This document shows positions 48,305 to 59,775 of a stretch of DNA of 64,000 nucleotides, piece by piece. The notes below the pieces were generated by a model that saw only the letters and a program-made list of their open reading frames with translations, was not told the DNA's origin and did no database searches. Origin of the DNA: Squalus acanthias. Its lineage: Eukaryota. The translations under genes were made by a program, and so were the position numbers. The DNA is taken from contig CM059432.1 of assembly GCA_030390025.1 (NCBI GenBank), positions 96,536,001-96,600,000 on the forward strand, written 5' to 3'. Position 1 is the first letter of the stretch. Every line of letters starts with the position of its first letter.

Positions 48305-51300
48305 CTTGTTGTTTCATACGACGGGAAAACCCCACGAAAGCGCTTACAATCATGCCAGCCATTCCGGGAAAAGCAGCCAATATTCATGCAACTGGTATCG
48401 ACGCACTATCCAGATGGACAGAATCGTGGGATGCATGCAACATAAAGAACCAACACCTCATCACTGACCCAACAGCAGAGGTCCCTGGCTTCGACCTCCC
48501 TCGTAGACAGTGGGATGGGATGTCTAGTTTGGCTATCCATTCGATGGCCTCCTGAGATGTCGAGTGAAGAAATGAGGTGCTTCCTGCAACAGATCTTAGT
48601 GGGCAGGTTGTTGTTACGTGTTCTATGATCTGGGACTCATGGCCACAGTCGCACTTTGGGTCGTCCCACATCTTCCATTTGTGGAGCAGGGAGCCGTATT
48701 GTTCATGCCCTGTGCGGATCCGGTTGAGCGCTGTCCACTGTCTTTGAGTGAGATCGAAGCCAGGGACCTCTGCTGTTGGGTCAGTGATGAGGTGTTGGTT
48801 CTTTATGTTGCATGCGTCCCATGATTCTGTCCATCTGGATAGTGCGTCGATACCAGCTGCATGAATATTGGCTGCTTTTCCCGGAATTGCTGCCGTGATT
48901 GTAAGCGCTTTCGTGGTGGGTTTTTCAAGTCTCCGTGAATGGGAAAGTCAATGTTGTTCATGATTTTTTCTATCTCACGAAGCACAGTGAGTGTCCTTGA
49001 CACTGTCCTAGGTTTAGCTGCATGTCCACGACCTTTGTGTAGTGGCTGCAGGACCATGAGGCAGAGCAGTATTCTGTAGCAGAGTAGACGAGGACCACTG
49101 TTGCGGTGCGAAGTGTTCTGGCTGTGCTCCCCCATGACAGCCGGACCAGGTTCACCCCTTGGTTTTTACTTTTTGGCCGATATTGGTGAGATGAGGCCGA
49201 TAGGTAAGAGTCCTGTCCAGGGTGATGCCCAGGTATTTTTGGTGGGGTTCATGGGTAAGTCGCCTTCCGCAGAAGGAAACATTGAGTTCTTTCCCGGCGG
49301 CATTGTTGTTCAGATGGAACACCGACACAACTGGCTTCTCTGCATTGGGGCAGAGGCGGAAATAGCGTTCCAGTACGTCCAGGTCATTTGTTAGCATCCT
49401 ACTTGCTTCCTCTAGCGTTGAAGCCTGCATCAGCAGTGCTATGTCATCGGCATATGCAAACTTCCAGGATTTGGTGCAAGGCATGTCTGCCCTATAGATG
49501 TTGAAAAAACCCGGTGCGAGCACCGACCCCTGTGGCAGACCGTGGTTGAGCAGCTGTGATCAGGTGGTCTTGTCACCAAGATAGATGCGGAACTTACGGT
49601 TGTTCGTTAGGGTGTTGATAAGCTTGTGAGTCTTGCGGTATTGGATGATTATTGAAAGCTTCAGTAGCAGACACTTGCGCCAGACAGTGTTATATGCCGA
49701 TGACAAGTCTATGAAGGCAGTTCCAGTCTTCAGCTGTTTCTGGAACCCTGCTTCAATGTTGGTAGTGTGTGCAAGGGCCAGGTCAGAGCAGCTTCTTCCC
49801 TCTCTGAAGCCCGCCTGTTTGTTTGAGAGGGTGGCTTCTAAGGCCGGTTTTATGCGGTTAATGACCAGCTGTTTGACCACCTTGTAGACCATAGACAGTA
49901 GGGAGATGGGGCAGTAGCTTTTGGGATCATTGGCTGGTTTTCCTTGCTTTAGGATGGCAATGACTTTGGAATGGCACCAAACTTCTGGGATTATCCCGGT
50001 GTCAAGGATGTTGGAGGCAAGTTTGGCAAGCCACATCCGTCCATTTGGGCCCTGGTTCTTGAGAAATTTTGGGTGGATGCCATGGATCCCAGCAGCCTTC
50101 CCAGAATTGGTAGTTGTCAGCGCTGTGTCCACCTCTTCAGTGCTGAAGGTCGCCGAAAAGGTGGTGTGCAGAGCAGCTTTGTGCAGAGAGCTTGAGCAGC
50201 TTTTTCATTCTGCGTTTGTTTTCGGTGATAGTTGTTACCTTTGAGTTGGTTAGGAAGCAGGCCGCAATGGCATCTGCACTGTCCTTTGGTGCCTCACATG
50301 GGGGCAGTGAGACGGCGGTAAGCTGGCAGAGCAAGTTCCAGAGTTTCTTGCTGGAGTGTGAGAAATCCAGGTTTTCGGTGGTTTCTCACCATCGCGCTAG
50401 TCTGCCTTCGTCTAGGGAATCCACAAGTGCTGTTGCTGTATCCGGGTCTTGAGTGGCATTGAACTGTGCCAGCAGTCTCTCACTCTCCTTGGACCAGCAT
50501 GGCATGTATTCTTTCCTGTAGCCGCGCGGGATGCTTCTGGCGGCCCCCACTTTCAGCAGTCGAGCAAAACGGTCGTAGTTGTTTGGGGACGCCGGTATTT
50601 TCTGGATTGTGTCCTTAACAATGCTCGTGAGGTGGGCCATGAAGCCTTACGGAAGTTCTATCCTGGTTTCAGGACTGAGGCAACTATCGGCACCTCGATC
50701 CCTACATGTACGATGCTGGGTCAGTGTTGTGAGCGGGGCAAGTTCTTAAGAATCTTCCAGGAGCAGGTGAGCGGCCGAGCTTTGTTGTCACCGGTTGTGA
50801 AATAGGGGTCCGGTGATTATTCCTTCTGCCAACGGGCAGAAAAAACAGTGCCTAGCTGCTTTGCATCGTAGACGAGATGGATATCGAAGTCCAGCGCCCA
50901 ATCTTCTATTTGTTTGCCCGCTCGATCTACTTTTTGGTAGCCCCACATGTAGTGGTGGCTGTTGAAAGCGCCAATGTAGATAGCTGAGTGGTTAGCAGTT
51001 GGTAGGGCGATGGTTGGCCATGTCTCTGTCGGCAGCTTGTAGACGTTCATGACGGTCAACTTGCCCTTTCTGATTGTGATGGAAAACGGTGAGCTGTCTG
51101 CTGGCAAGATTTCTTCAGCTTCGGTAATTAGGTTGGCCCGGACGTATGTGGCCGTACTGTATCTTGCATGGTATTGGCATGCTATCATGTGGAATCCATG
51201 GATCTGCATTCGGTATGGGTTGGGTTCAGGTAGGTGGGTATCTTGGAGGGCAAGATCATTTGCATTCTAAGTTCCCTTGACAACACCTCACACTTCACTC

Positions 51301-51511
51301 AAGATAGGCCTTCAACATTGAGTTGATAAATGCGGAGTGCTGGGCCAATTATCTTGGTTGGTTGGTCCTGAAAGGGATCTTTGGTTGACATGTTCCATGC
51401 TTTCCAGACCGGGAGACTGCATTCGGTCATCTTCTTTATGATATTAGCTGGCAGGTTCTCGGTGAACTTGCACACACAGGGAGACCACGTGTAGGTTGTC
51501 ATCAGCGCCCC
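48305..51511 (-). mobile_element. Full-length Vingi/Ingi-like non-LTR retrotransposon (single APE-RT-CCHC ORF, disrupted)
   Basis: 11-bp TSD AGTTAATGGAA (48294-48304, 51512-51522). GPALRIYQLNVEGLS, GAFNSH, QAGFREGRSC, YADD, YLGITLDRTL, CDCG..HVTTTCP. ~3.2 kb, no ORF1 or RNase H. Confidence 0.85.
51439..51511 (-). ncRNA. HDV-like self-cleaving ribozyme candidate at the Vingi-like 5' terminus
   Basis: P1 GGGGCG/CTCCCT, P2 TGATG/TATCA, P3 ACC/GGT with loop TACACGT, P1.1 AC/GT, P4 GCAaGTTC/GAACcTGC, J4/2 GCTAA. Confidence 0.75.
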
Positions 51512-54297
51512 AGTTAATGGAATAGGCAAACAGGCGGCAGATGGAATTTAATTTGCAGAAGTGTGAGATGATGCATTTTTGGGATGAAAATCAAGGAATG
51601 GGAGTATACACACAGTGTAAAGATGCTGAAGAGTTTGGAGAAAGAGAGAGATCTGGAAGTGCAAATTCATAATTCCTTCAAAGTACAAGTGTAGGTAGAT
51701 AAAACCATAAAAAGGCCAATCGTTTTATAAACAGAAGCATAGAGTATACGAGGAAAGAAGTTAAATTTGTGGGCAATCTTCAGTTCACAATTGGAGTACT
51801 GTTTGCAGTTTTAGGCACTCTAATTTAGACAGGACATTAAAACCATAGAGATAGTGCAGCATAATTTCACCACAATGACACCAAGGATGAGGAAAAAATC
51901 CCTCATTTCATTTTCCCAGTTGAAAGAACAAATATTTCTCTTCCTCATTTGCAGCAAAATTGTAAATAGGTAAAAAAAGGTGTTTATGATTTCACTACAA
52001 ATAATGTTTAGAGGTAATTTTCTTCCATGGTTCCATTAATGTATCTGCATTATTTGCAAATTTGTAAGTTTTAATATGAAAATGCTAATGAGAAATAAAC
52101 AGAAATCTATTTTAATCTGGAATGCTTCTTCACTATTTAAACCAGAATTAACCAGTCCTTGTGAGCATTCACTCATGGACATTACTTATCCACCACCCAT
52201 ATTGATGAATTTTTATGATAAATGATGAACACTGATGTATTGGCTAAAAATGGATACTTTCCTTCCGTAGGATATTGAACTAAATTTTAAATTATTTTTT
52301 GAAGAGAAAGTGCTTCTGAATGCTTTATTCTTTGAAACATATCCACCATTAGTACAGTTTTCGATGAATGGAGTTGCAATTACCTTATAAAAGTATTTTT
52401 ATTTTTGTGAATTCAATGCAATTTTTTAACATTAAAATGCTATTGGAATGCTTTAATTTAAAATATGACAACTAATTTGAATAGCTTTTAAATTATTTTG
52501 ACATACTTGTAACATTATTCTGTCATCAATTTATAATTAACACTTTATGAAAAATTCAGATTATCTGATTCATGGCCCTGAAACAATAGATTATTAATTA
52601 ATTGATCAAACTTACATTTCACCTTGTTCTTGCATCATGAGGCCCTTTTGTATGATATTCATATTACTGTATATAGCACAGAATCTTATTGAAGATTTGC
52701 AGTGTAAAATAATAGCAAGCATGAAGACTCAACTCTGAGGCAAAGATGCATTGCTCATCTTCAATGTATCGAGTTAAGGAGTAGTGCTAATTTTTCCTCT
52801 TTCTGATCGTTGCATATAATAGGAGTTCTAGAAGTCTCAGTCCATTTCATAATGAATATGTAGTAATTAATCCACAAGAAAGCATCATATTTTAGTTCAG
52901 AGTCCATTATTCCAGATTATTAAAGATGAATAATTTTATATGACGTGTTGAGGGACTGGTGTGCAAACAGTTAAACATCAACAATCAGCCATTCACTGTA
53001 GAATGATTGAATTGTAGAAGATGAATAAATATTCTGGACTTTGATTCAGCAGCTCTTGGGACTAGGGAGTATTTAAACAGAACTTGCCCTCAAGAGATTA
53101 AATGGACGGGATCGAATCCATGATATGGTACTTGTCTTGTTAAACAGGCTTGATGGGTTGATGACATTTCATCATTTCATGCTTCCCCACCTTTTCATAA
53201 ACTGAATGAAATATTCTCCATTCGGCAAAAACAAATACCATCTCTCGCCATTACAACTTCTTACTTCAGAATAATCTACATCTAGAAACGGGCCATCAAA
53301 GAATGGGGATGAAAGGTAAAAGTTTATTTACTCAGTTTTAGAACCAAAGGCCTGTTCTTGCAACTATTTGTAAAAGAAAATCTCTAATATATCTTATATT
53401 CTCCACCACAGAGGCATTTACTTCTGTAAAAATTATAGTATTACAAGCTGTTTATTTAATGTCTTTATTGTAATTGCACTGTCTCATATTTCAGTATTCA
53501 ATGATATATTTAATGTGCCAAGTTACAGGCAAGGAAACAGCAAGCTCTGCTAACATAATTTACCAGAATTTCAGAAAGCATTTGATAAAGCTCTGCGTGT
53601 AATGTATTTAGAGGAGATTAAGGCTCATGGTGTTAATGGCAAGTTAGTTAGCTGGATTAACAATTGGTTTGAGCAAGGAATGCAGCAGTAATATTAAAAA
53701 GAAAGAGCTGTCTGTGAGGCACTGATTAGTCATATCGAAGTCTGTTCTAAAAGCTGCTACTTACAGCATTCATAAAAGAGATGGAAGGGATAATTCTAAT
53801 ATATGTTATATAAAATGTGCTGATCACGCTTAGCAATATGGCTCCATGACAAGTAAAAAGGAGATTGATTACATTCTGGTGATCTGGACATATAAACCTG
53901 AGAATTACAATTGGTGTGACCTATAATACCTGCATTATTTAGAGGTTACTGAACATTAATATTGGGAGTGCAGAGTACCGCACATTTCCTGACTGCTTTG
54001 CATTGTGGCAATTGTTGAAGGTAAGTGGTGTCTGCATATTAGTGCACTAAAGCCATGCATTAAGTTGTTTTTAATGTGTTATTGCTGGTATAATAGATAA
54101 TTAAGGGTAAACCGCACTTTATTGCAAGTTAATGCATTGCACACATGTGGTATGTTTCTCCTGCCCATTTCAATCAGCAACAAGGGCAGCATATTGCTTG
54201 GTGATGGTGACAGGTAAACTGCTATATAGTTGACCTTCAAGATACAGAACATTCATTACAATGAGAATTGCATTCAGTCCTCCTCTGGCACTACATT

Positions 54298-56270
54298 TCA
54301 TAGAATGGTTATAGCACAGAAGGAGGCCATTTGGCCCGTCGAGCCTGTGCCGGCTCTCTGCAAGAGCACTTCAGCTAGTCCCAACCCCCGCCCTTTCCCC
54401 GTAGCCCTGCAAATTTTTTTCCTTCAGGTACTTATCCAATTCCATTTTGAAAGCCACGATTGAATCTGCTTCCATCACCATTTCAGGCAGTGCTTTCCAG
54501 ATCCTAACCACTCGTTGCTTCCTCATGTTGCCTTTGGTTCTTCTGCCAATCACCTTAAATCTGTGTCCTCCTGTTCTCGACCCTTCTGCCAATGGGAACA
54601 GTTTCTCTCTATCTACTCTATCTAGACCCCTCATGATTTTGAACACCTGTATCAAATCTCCTCTCAACCTTCTCTGCTCTAAGTAGAACAACCCCAGCTT
54701 CTCCAGTCTATCCACGTAACTGAAGTCCCTCTTCCCTGGAACCATTCTTGTAAATCTTTTCTGCACCATCTCTAAGGCCTTCACATCCTTCCTAAAGTGC
54801 AGTGCCCAGAATTGGACGCAATACTCCAGTTGAGGCCGAACCAGTATTTTATAAAGATTCATCATAACTTCCTTGCTTTTGTACTCTATGGGGGAAAAAT
54901 TCAGTTGGTTTGCGCCTACCGTTAGCGCCTTAAGAGGGTGTTAATGGGGTGCAAAGCAACTAGCGCCCGGACGCGGCAATGTCTGCGCCTCTCGCGAAAT
55001 TGACCAGACAATATTGCGGCGACTCTAAACACTACTGCCATGATCTCCTGCGTCGGCAGATCGTGAGGTCAGTCGAGTGCACAACACCCCGGTAGCGCCC
55101 CGGAGCGGATATTGAGTGGCGCCCCCTGCCTTACCGCCTGCCGCTAGCAACGACAGATTGAGGGGAGCGTTTTGCAGTCAGGAAGGGACTGGGGGAGCGC
55201 TATTTAAAGGCGAACGCTTCCTGCCTTTTTTTGTTGGTGACATTTTTGCACCACGCATTCTGAGAGACAGAGAGAGAGACTTCTGGAGAGATTCAACGCT
55301 GTGTGAAGAAGTTTTGGGTACTGAGCAGCACTTTGCAGGTTCATTTTGATTTGCCCTTCCTTGCATCTATTTAGAAGAGACTGTGGGGGCTGCACTCTGA
55401 GCTCTTTCCCTGGTTCTCTCCATTGTTCTTTCCAGCAGATTTGATGTACAGGTCTCTCCAGGCCGAGATTCAAGGCTGCAATGAGCAGGATGTGGATGGA
55501 TAGCAAGAGCAACCCTCCCCTTTAAGAACTGGTCGACGCCATTGTGTCTGTGTTCCATTGCTGACTGACATCACATGAGCTTCGCCAGCGCTCTGAGGTA
55601 GCGCCTCGCTCCTCGGCCTTTGCGCCTTAAGACAGGTGTGTAGCGCCTGATTTAGTGCTCCAATCACCTCCAGGGGCGATAAAAGCCAAGTTTGCAGTCG
55701 GAGGCGATAATTAGCGCCAGGCGCGAAACTTTGCGCACAGCCAGTAATTGCGCCCCAAACGGGGCGATACTGAATTTTTCCCCCTATGACTCTATTTATG
55801 AAGCCTAGGATCCCATATGCTTTTTTAACCGCTTTTCCAAACTGCCCTGCCATCTTCAACGATTTGTGCACATATACCCCCAGGTTGCTCTGTACCCTTT
55901 AGTTTATATTGGCTCTCCTCGTTCTTCCTACCAAAATGTATCACTTCGCACTTTTCAGCGTTAAATTTCATCTGCCACGTGTCCTCCCATTCCACCAGCC
56001 TGTCTATGTCCTCTTGAAGTCTATCACTATCCTCCTCACTATTCACTATACTTCGAAGTTTTGTGTCATCTGCAAATTTTTAAATTGTGTCCTGTACACC
56101 AAAGTCCAAGTCATTAATATACATCAAGAAAAGCAGTGGTCCTAGAACCGACCCCTGGGGAACATCACTGTGTACCTTCCTCCAGTCCGAAAAACAACCG
56201 AACACCACTACTCTCTGTATCCTGTCAGCCAATTTTGTATCCATGCTGCCACTGTCCCTTATTCATGGAT
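54298..56270 (-). mobile_element. CR1 LINE 3' portion, interrupted by the Harbinger A MITE
   Basis: LQEDIDRL..WQMKFNAEKC, RPQLEYCVQFW, RRLRGDLI. Confidence 0.9.
54890..55784. mobile_element. Non-autonomous derivative (MITE) of Harbinger family A
   Basis: Perfect 16-bp TIR GGGGGAAAAATTCAGT, TSD TAT; the halves align to both ends of 2668-6816. Confidence 0.92.
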
Positions 56271-56274
56271 TCCA

Positions 56275-58700
56275 TTTTTTTTAATTCGTTTATGGGATGT
56301 GGGCCTCGCTGGCAAGGCCAGCATTTATTGCCCCTTCCTAATTGCCCTTGAAAAGGTGGTGGTGAGCCGCCTTCTTGAACCGCTGCAGTCCGTGTGGTGA
56401 AGGTATTACCACAGTGCTGTTAGGCAGGGAGTTCCAGGATTTTGACTCAGTGACAATGAAGGATCGGCAATATACTTCTAAGTCAGGATGGTGTGTGACT
56501 TGGAGGGGAACTTGGAGGTGGTGGTGTTCTCATGCGCCTGCTGCCCTTGTCCTTCTAGGTGGAAGAGGTCAGCGGGTTTGGGAGGTGCTGCCAAAGAAGC
56601 CTTGGCGAGTTGCTGCAGTGCATCTTGTAGATGGTACACACTGCAGCCACGGTACGGTGGAGGGAGTGAATGTTTAAGGTGGTGGATGGGGTGCCAATCA
56701 AGCGGGCTGCTTTGTCCTGTATGGTGTCGAGCTTCTTGAGTGCTGTTGGAGCTGCACTCATCCAGGCAAGTGGAGAGTATTCCATCACACTCCTTACTTG
56801 TGCCTTGTAGATGGTAGAAAGGCTTTGGGGAGTCAGGAGGTGAGACACTTGCTGCAGAATACCTAGCCTCTGACCTGCTCTTGTTGCCACAGTATTTATG
56901 TGGCTGGTCCAGTTAAGTTCCTGGGCAATGGTGACCCCCAGGGTATTGATGGTGGGGGATTCAGCGATGGTAATGCCATTGAATGTCAAGGGGCGGTGGT
57001 TAGACTCTCGCTTGTTGGAGATAGTCATTGCCTGGCACTTCTGTTGCGCGAATGTTACCTGCCACTTATCAGCCCAAGCCTGAACGTCGTCCAGGTCATG
57101 TTGCATGCGGACATGGACTGCTTCATTATCTGAGGAGTTCTGAATGGCACTGAACACTGTGCAATCATCAGTGAACATCCCCATTTCTGACCTTATGTTG
57201 GAGGGAAGGCCATTGATGAAGCAGCTGAACATGGTTGGGCCTAGGACACTGCCCTGAGGAACTCCTGCAGCGATGTCCTGGGGCCCTTCAATCACCACAA
57301 CCATCTTCCTTTGTGCTCGGTATGACTCCAGCCAGTGGAGAGTTTTCCCCCCCGATTCCCATTGACTTCAGTTTTACTAGGGCTTCTTCATGCCACACTC
57401 GGTCAAATGCTGCCTTGATGTCAAGGGCAGTCACTCTCACCTCACCTCTGGAATTCAACTCCTTTGTCCATGTTTGGACCAAGGCTATAATCGGGTGGAT
57501 GCAGTAAGGATGTTCCCAAGGATGGGTGAAACTAGAACTAGGGGGCATAATCTTAGAATAAGGGGCTGCTCTTTCAAAACTGAGATGAGGAGAAACTTCT
57601 TCACTCAGAGGGTAGTAGGTCTGTGGAATTTGCTGCCCCAGGAAGCTGTGGAAGCTACATCATTAAATAAATTTAAAACAGAAATAGACAGTTTCCTAGA
57701 AGTAAAGGGAATTAGGGGTTACGGGGAGCGGGCAGGAAATTGGACATGAGGCTGAGTTCGGATCGGTCAAGGCCCTGTGGGTGGCGGAGCGGGCCCAGGG
57801 GCTGAGTGGCCAGGTCCTGCTCCTACTTCTTGTGTTCTTTAGATTTGAGGTTAGGATCAGATCAGCCATGATCTTATTGAATGGCGGAGCAGGCTCGAGG
57901 GGCCGATTGGCCTACTCCTGCTCCTATTTCTTATGTTCTTATGTTCTTATAATGAGATCGGGAGCCGAGTGGTCTTGGCGGAACCCAAACTGGGCATCAG
58001 TGAGCAGGTTATTGGTGAGTAAGTCCCGCTTGATAGCACTGTCGATGACACCTTCCATCACTTTGCTGATGATTGAGAGTAGACTGATGGGGCGGATTGG
58101 ATTTATCCTGCTTTTTGTGGACAGGACATACCTGGGCAGTTTTCCACATTGTCGGATAGATGCCAGTGTTGTAGCTGTACTGGAACAGCTTGGCTAGAGG
58201 CGCGGCTAGTTCTGGAGCACAAGTCTTCAGCACGATAGCCGGGATGTTGTCGGGGCCCATAGCCTTTGCTGTATCCAGTGCGCTGAGCCGTTTCTTGATA
58301 TCACGTGGAGTGAATCGAATTGGCTGAAGACTGGATTCTGTGATGGTGGGGACCTCAGGAGGAGGCCGATATGGATCATCCACTCGGCACTTCTGGCTGA
58401 AGATGGTTGCAAACGCTTCAGCCTTGTCCTTTGCACTCACGTGCTGGGCTCCACCATCATTGAGGATGGGAATATTCATGGTGCCTCCTCCTCCCGTTAG
58501 TTGTTTAATGGTCCACCACCATTCACGACTGGATGTGGCAGGACTGCAGAGCTTTGATCTGATCCGTTGATTGTGGGATCGCTTAGCCCTGTTCATAGCA
58601 TGCTGCTTCCGGTTTTTCTCATGCCTGTAGTCCAGTGTTGCAGCTTCCCCAGGTTGGCACCTCATTTTTAGGCACGCCTGGTGCTGCTCCTGGCATGCTC
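56275..58700 (-). mobile_element. CR1-group LINE family B, RT and 3' end
   Basis: KAMGPDNIP..LKTCAPELA, ALDIKAAFDRVWH, GVPQGSVLGP, FTDD, YKAQVRSVMEY. Confidence 0.9.
57492..57947 (+). mobile_element. CR1 family A 3' fragment inserted in LINE B
   Basis: TSD TATAAT (57486-57491, 57948-57953); MRRNFFTQRVV; (TTCTTATG)n tail. Confidence 0.85.
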
Positions 58701-59700
58701 ATTTGGCTGAGGTATACCAGCAAGAATAGGAAAGGGCTGCCAGAGATACCAGATAGCCCACAAGGCATGTAGTCCGACTACAACTCTGCTCATCGCATCT
58801 AATGTTACAACCACAGCTACCTAGAAATGACTAAACCTTAGGATGCTGAGGCTTTGCAAAGACAGAGCTGTGCTATTTCCCACAGGAAGAGCTCCAGACA
58901 TCATGTGATATTTGCACTACACTGCCAGTTGCCATCAAGGTTACCATATTGCTTCTTCCAGGTTAACACTAGGGACATCTGCAGTGTCAGCTGCACATAA
59001 ATGCATCAAGGAGGTGACAGATGTATCATTTAGCAGGGCCAGTGTCTCGATCACATTCACCACCGACCAGCAACGTGAAGTTTTCAGGTGTGCTGGGTTT
59101 CCAAGAGTCCAGGGGCTTATTGGTAGCGCCCATTTTGCCATTTCAGGCCTTGTAAATAATGCAATACCCAACATGAACCAAAAGGGTTTTTACTTCATTA
59201 GTGTGCCACTGGTCTACAACAACCAGAACAGAATCATACAGGTCAATGTATGCGTCTCCGGCAGCTCCCTGGTGCTTATATTTTAGGTTAATCATCTAAT
59301 GGCAGCCTTATTTTAAGGGGCAGGAAGAGTGGAAGGTTGGCTCCTTGGAGAACAAGGCTACACTCTGCAGCCATAGCTATTGACCGTTGAAGGTCAATGC
59401 CTTGAAGATGAGCCAGGACAAATGCTGAGTGCAGCTACAGCAAGGCTATGAGTGTCCCACTGGGGCTCTTGAAGCGACACTTCAGACACAGATAAGGGCA
59501 TATTGCAGTACAGCTCTCCCTCCCCCGGGCCACTAGAAATATTGTCACCTGCTGCACGCTGTATAACTTTACTCTGCAATTAGATTTCACCATGGAACAA
59601 GAAAAGCAGAACGCTGAAGGCATGTTAAAGCAGGAGGACAACAAGGAACAGTTTTTGAAACACCAGTGCAGTCTAGAAGAAGGATACACCAGGCACTAAG
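58700..59700 (+). pseudogene. Very old Harbinger transposase remnant
   Basis: AGFPRVQGLIGSAH, NQKGFYFISVPLV, GWLLGEQGY. Confidence 0.7.
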
Positions 59701-59775
59701 ACAAGACACATTCCACTGAGTGCCTGAGTTGCCACATTTCTGAAGCCTCCTATCCATATATATGAAAAGAAAACA

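Noticed and set aside
53270..53322. Possible 46-nt host exon (ttcag..AAAG|gtaaaa)
   Set aside because: Splice-like signals only; the peptide is unrecognised and there are no partner exons
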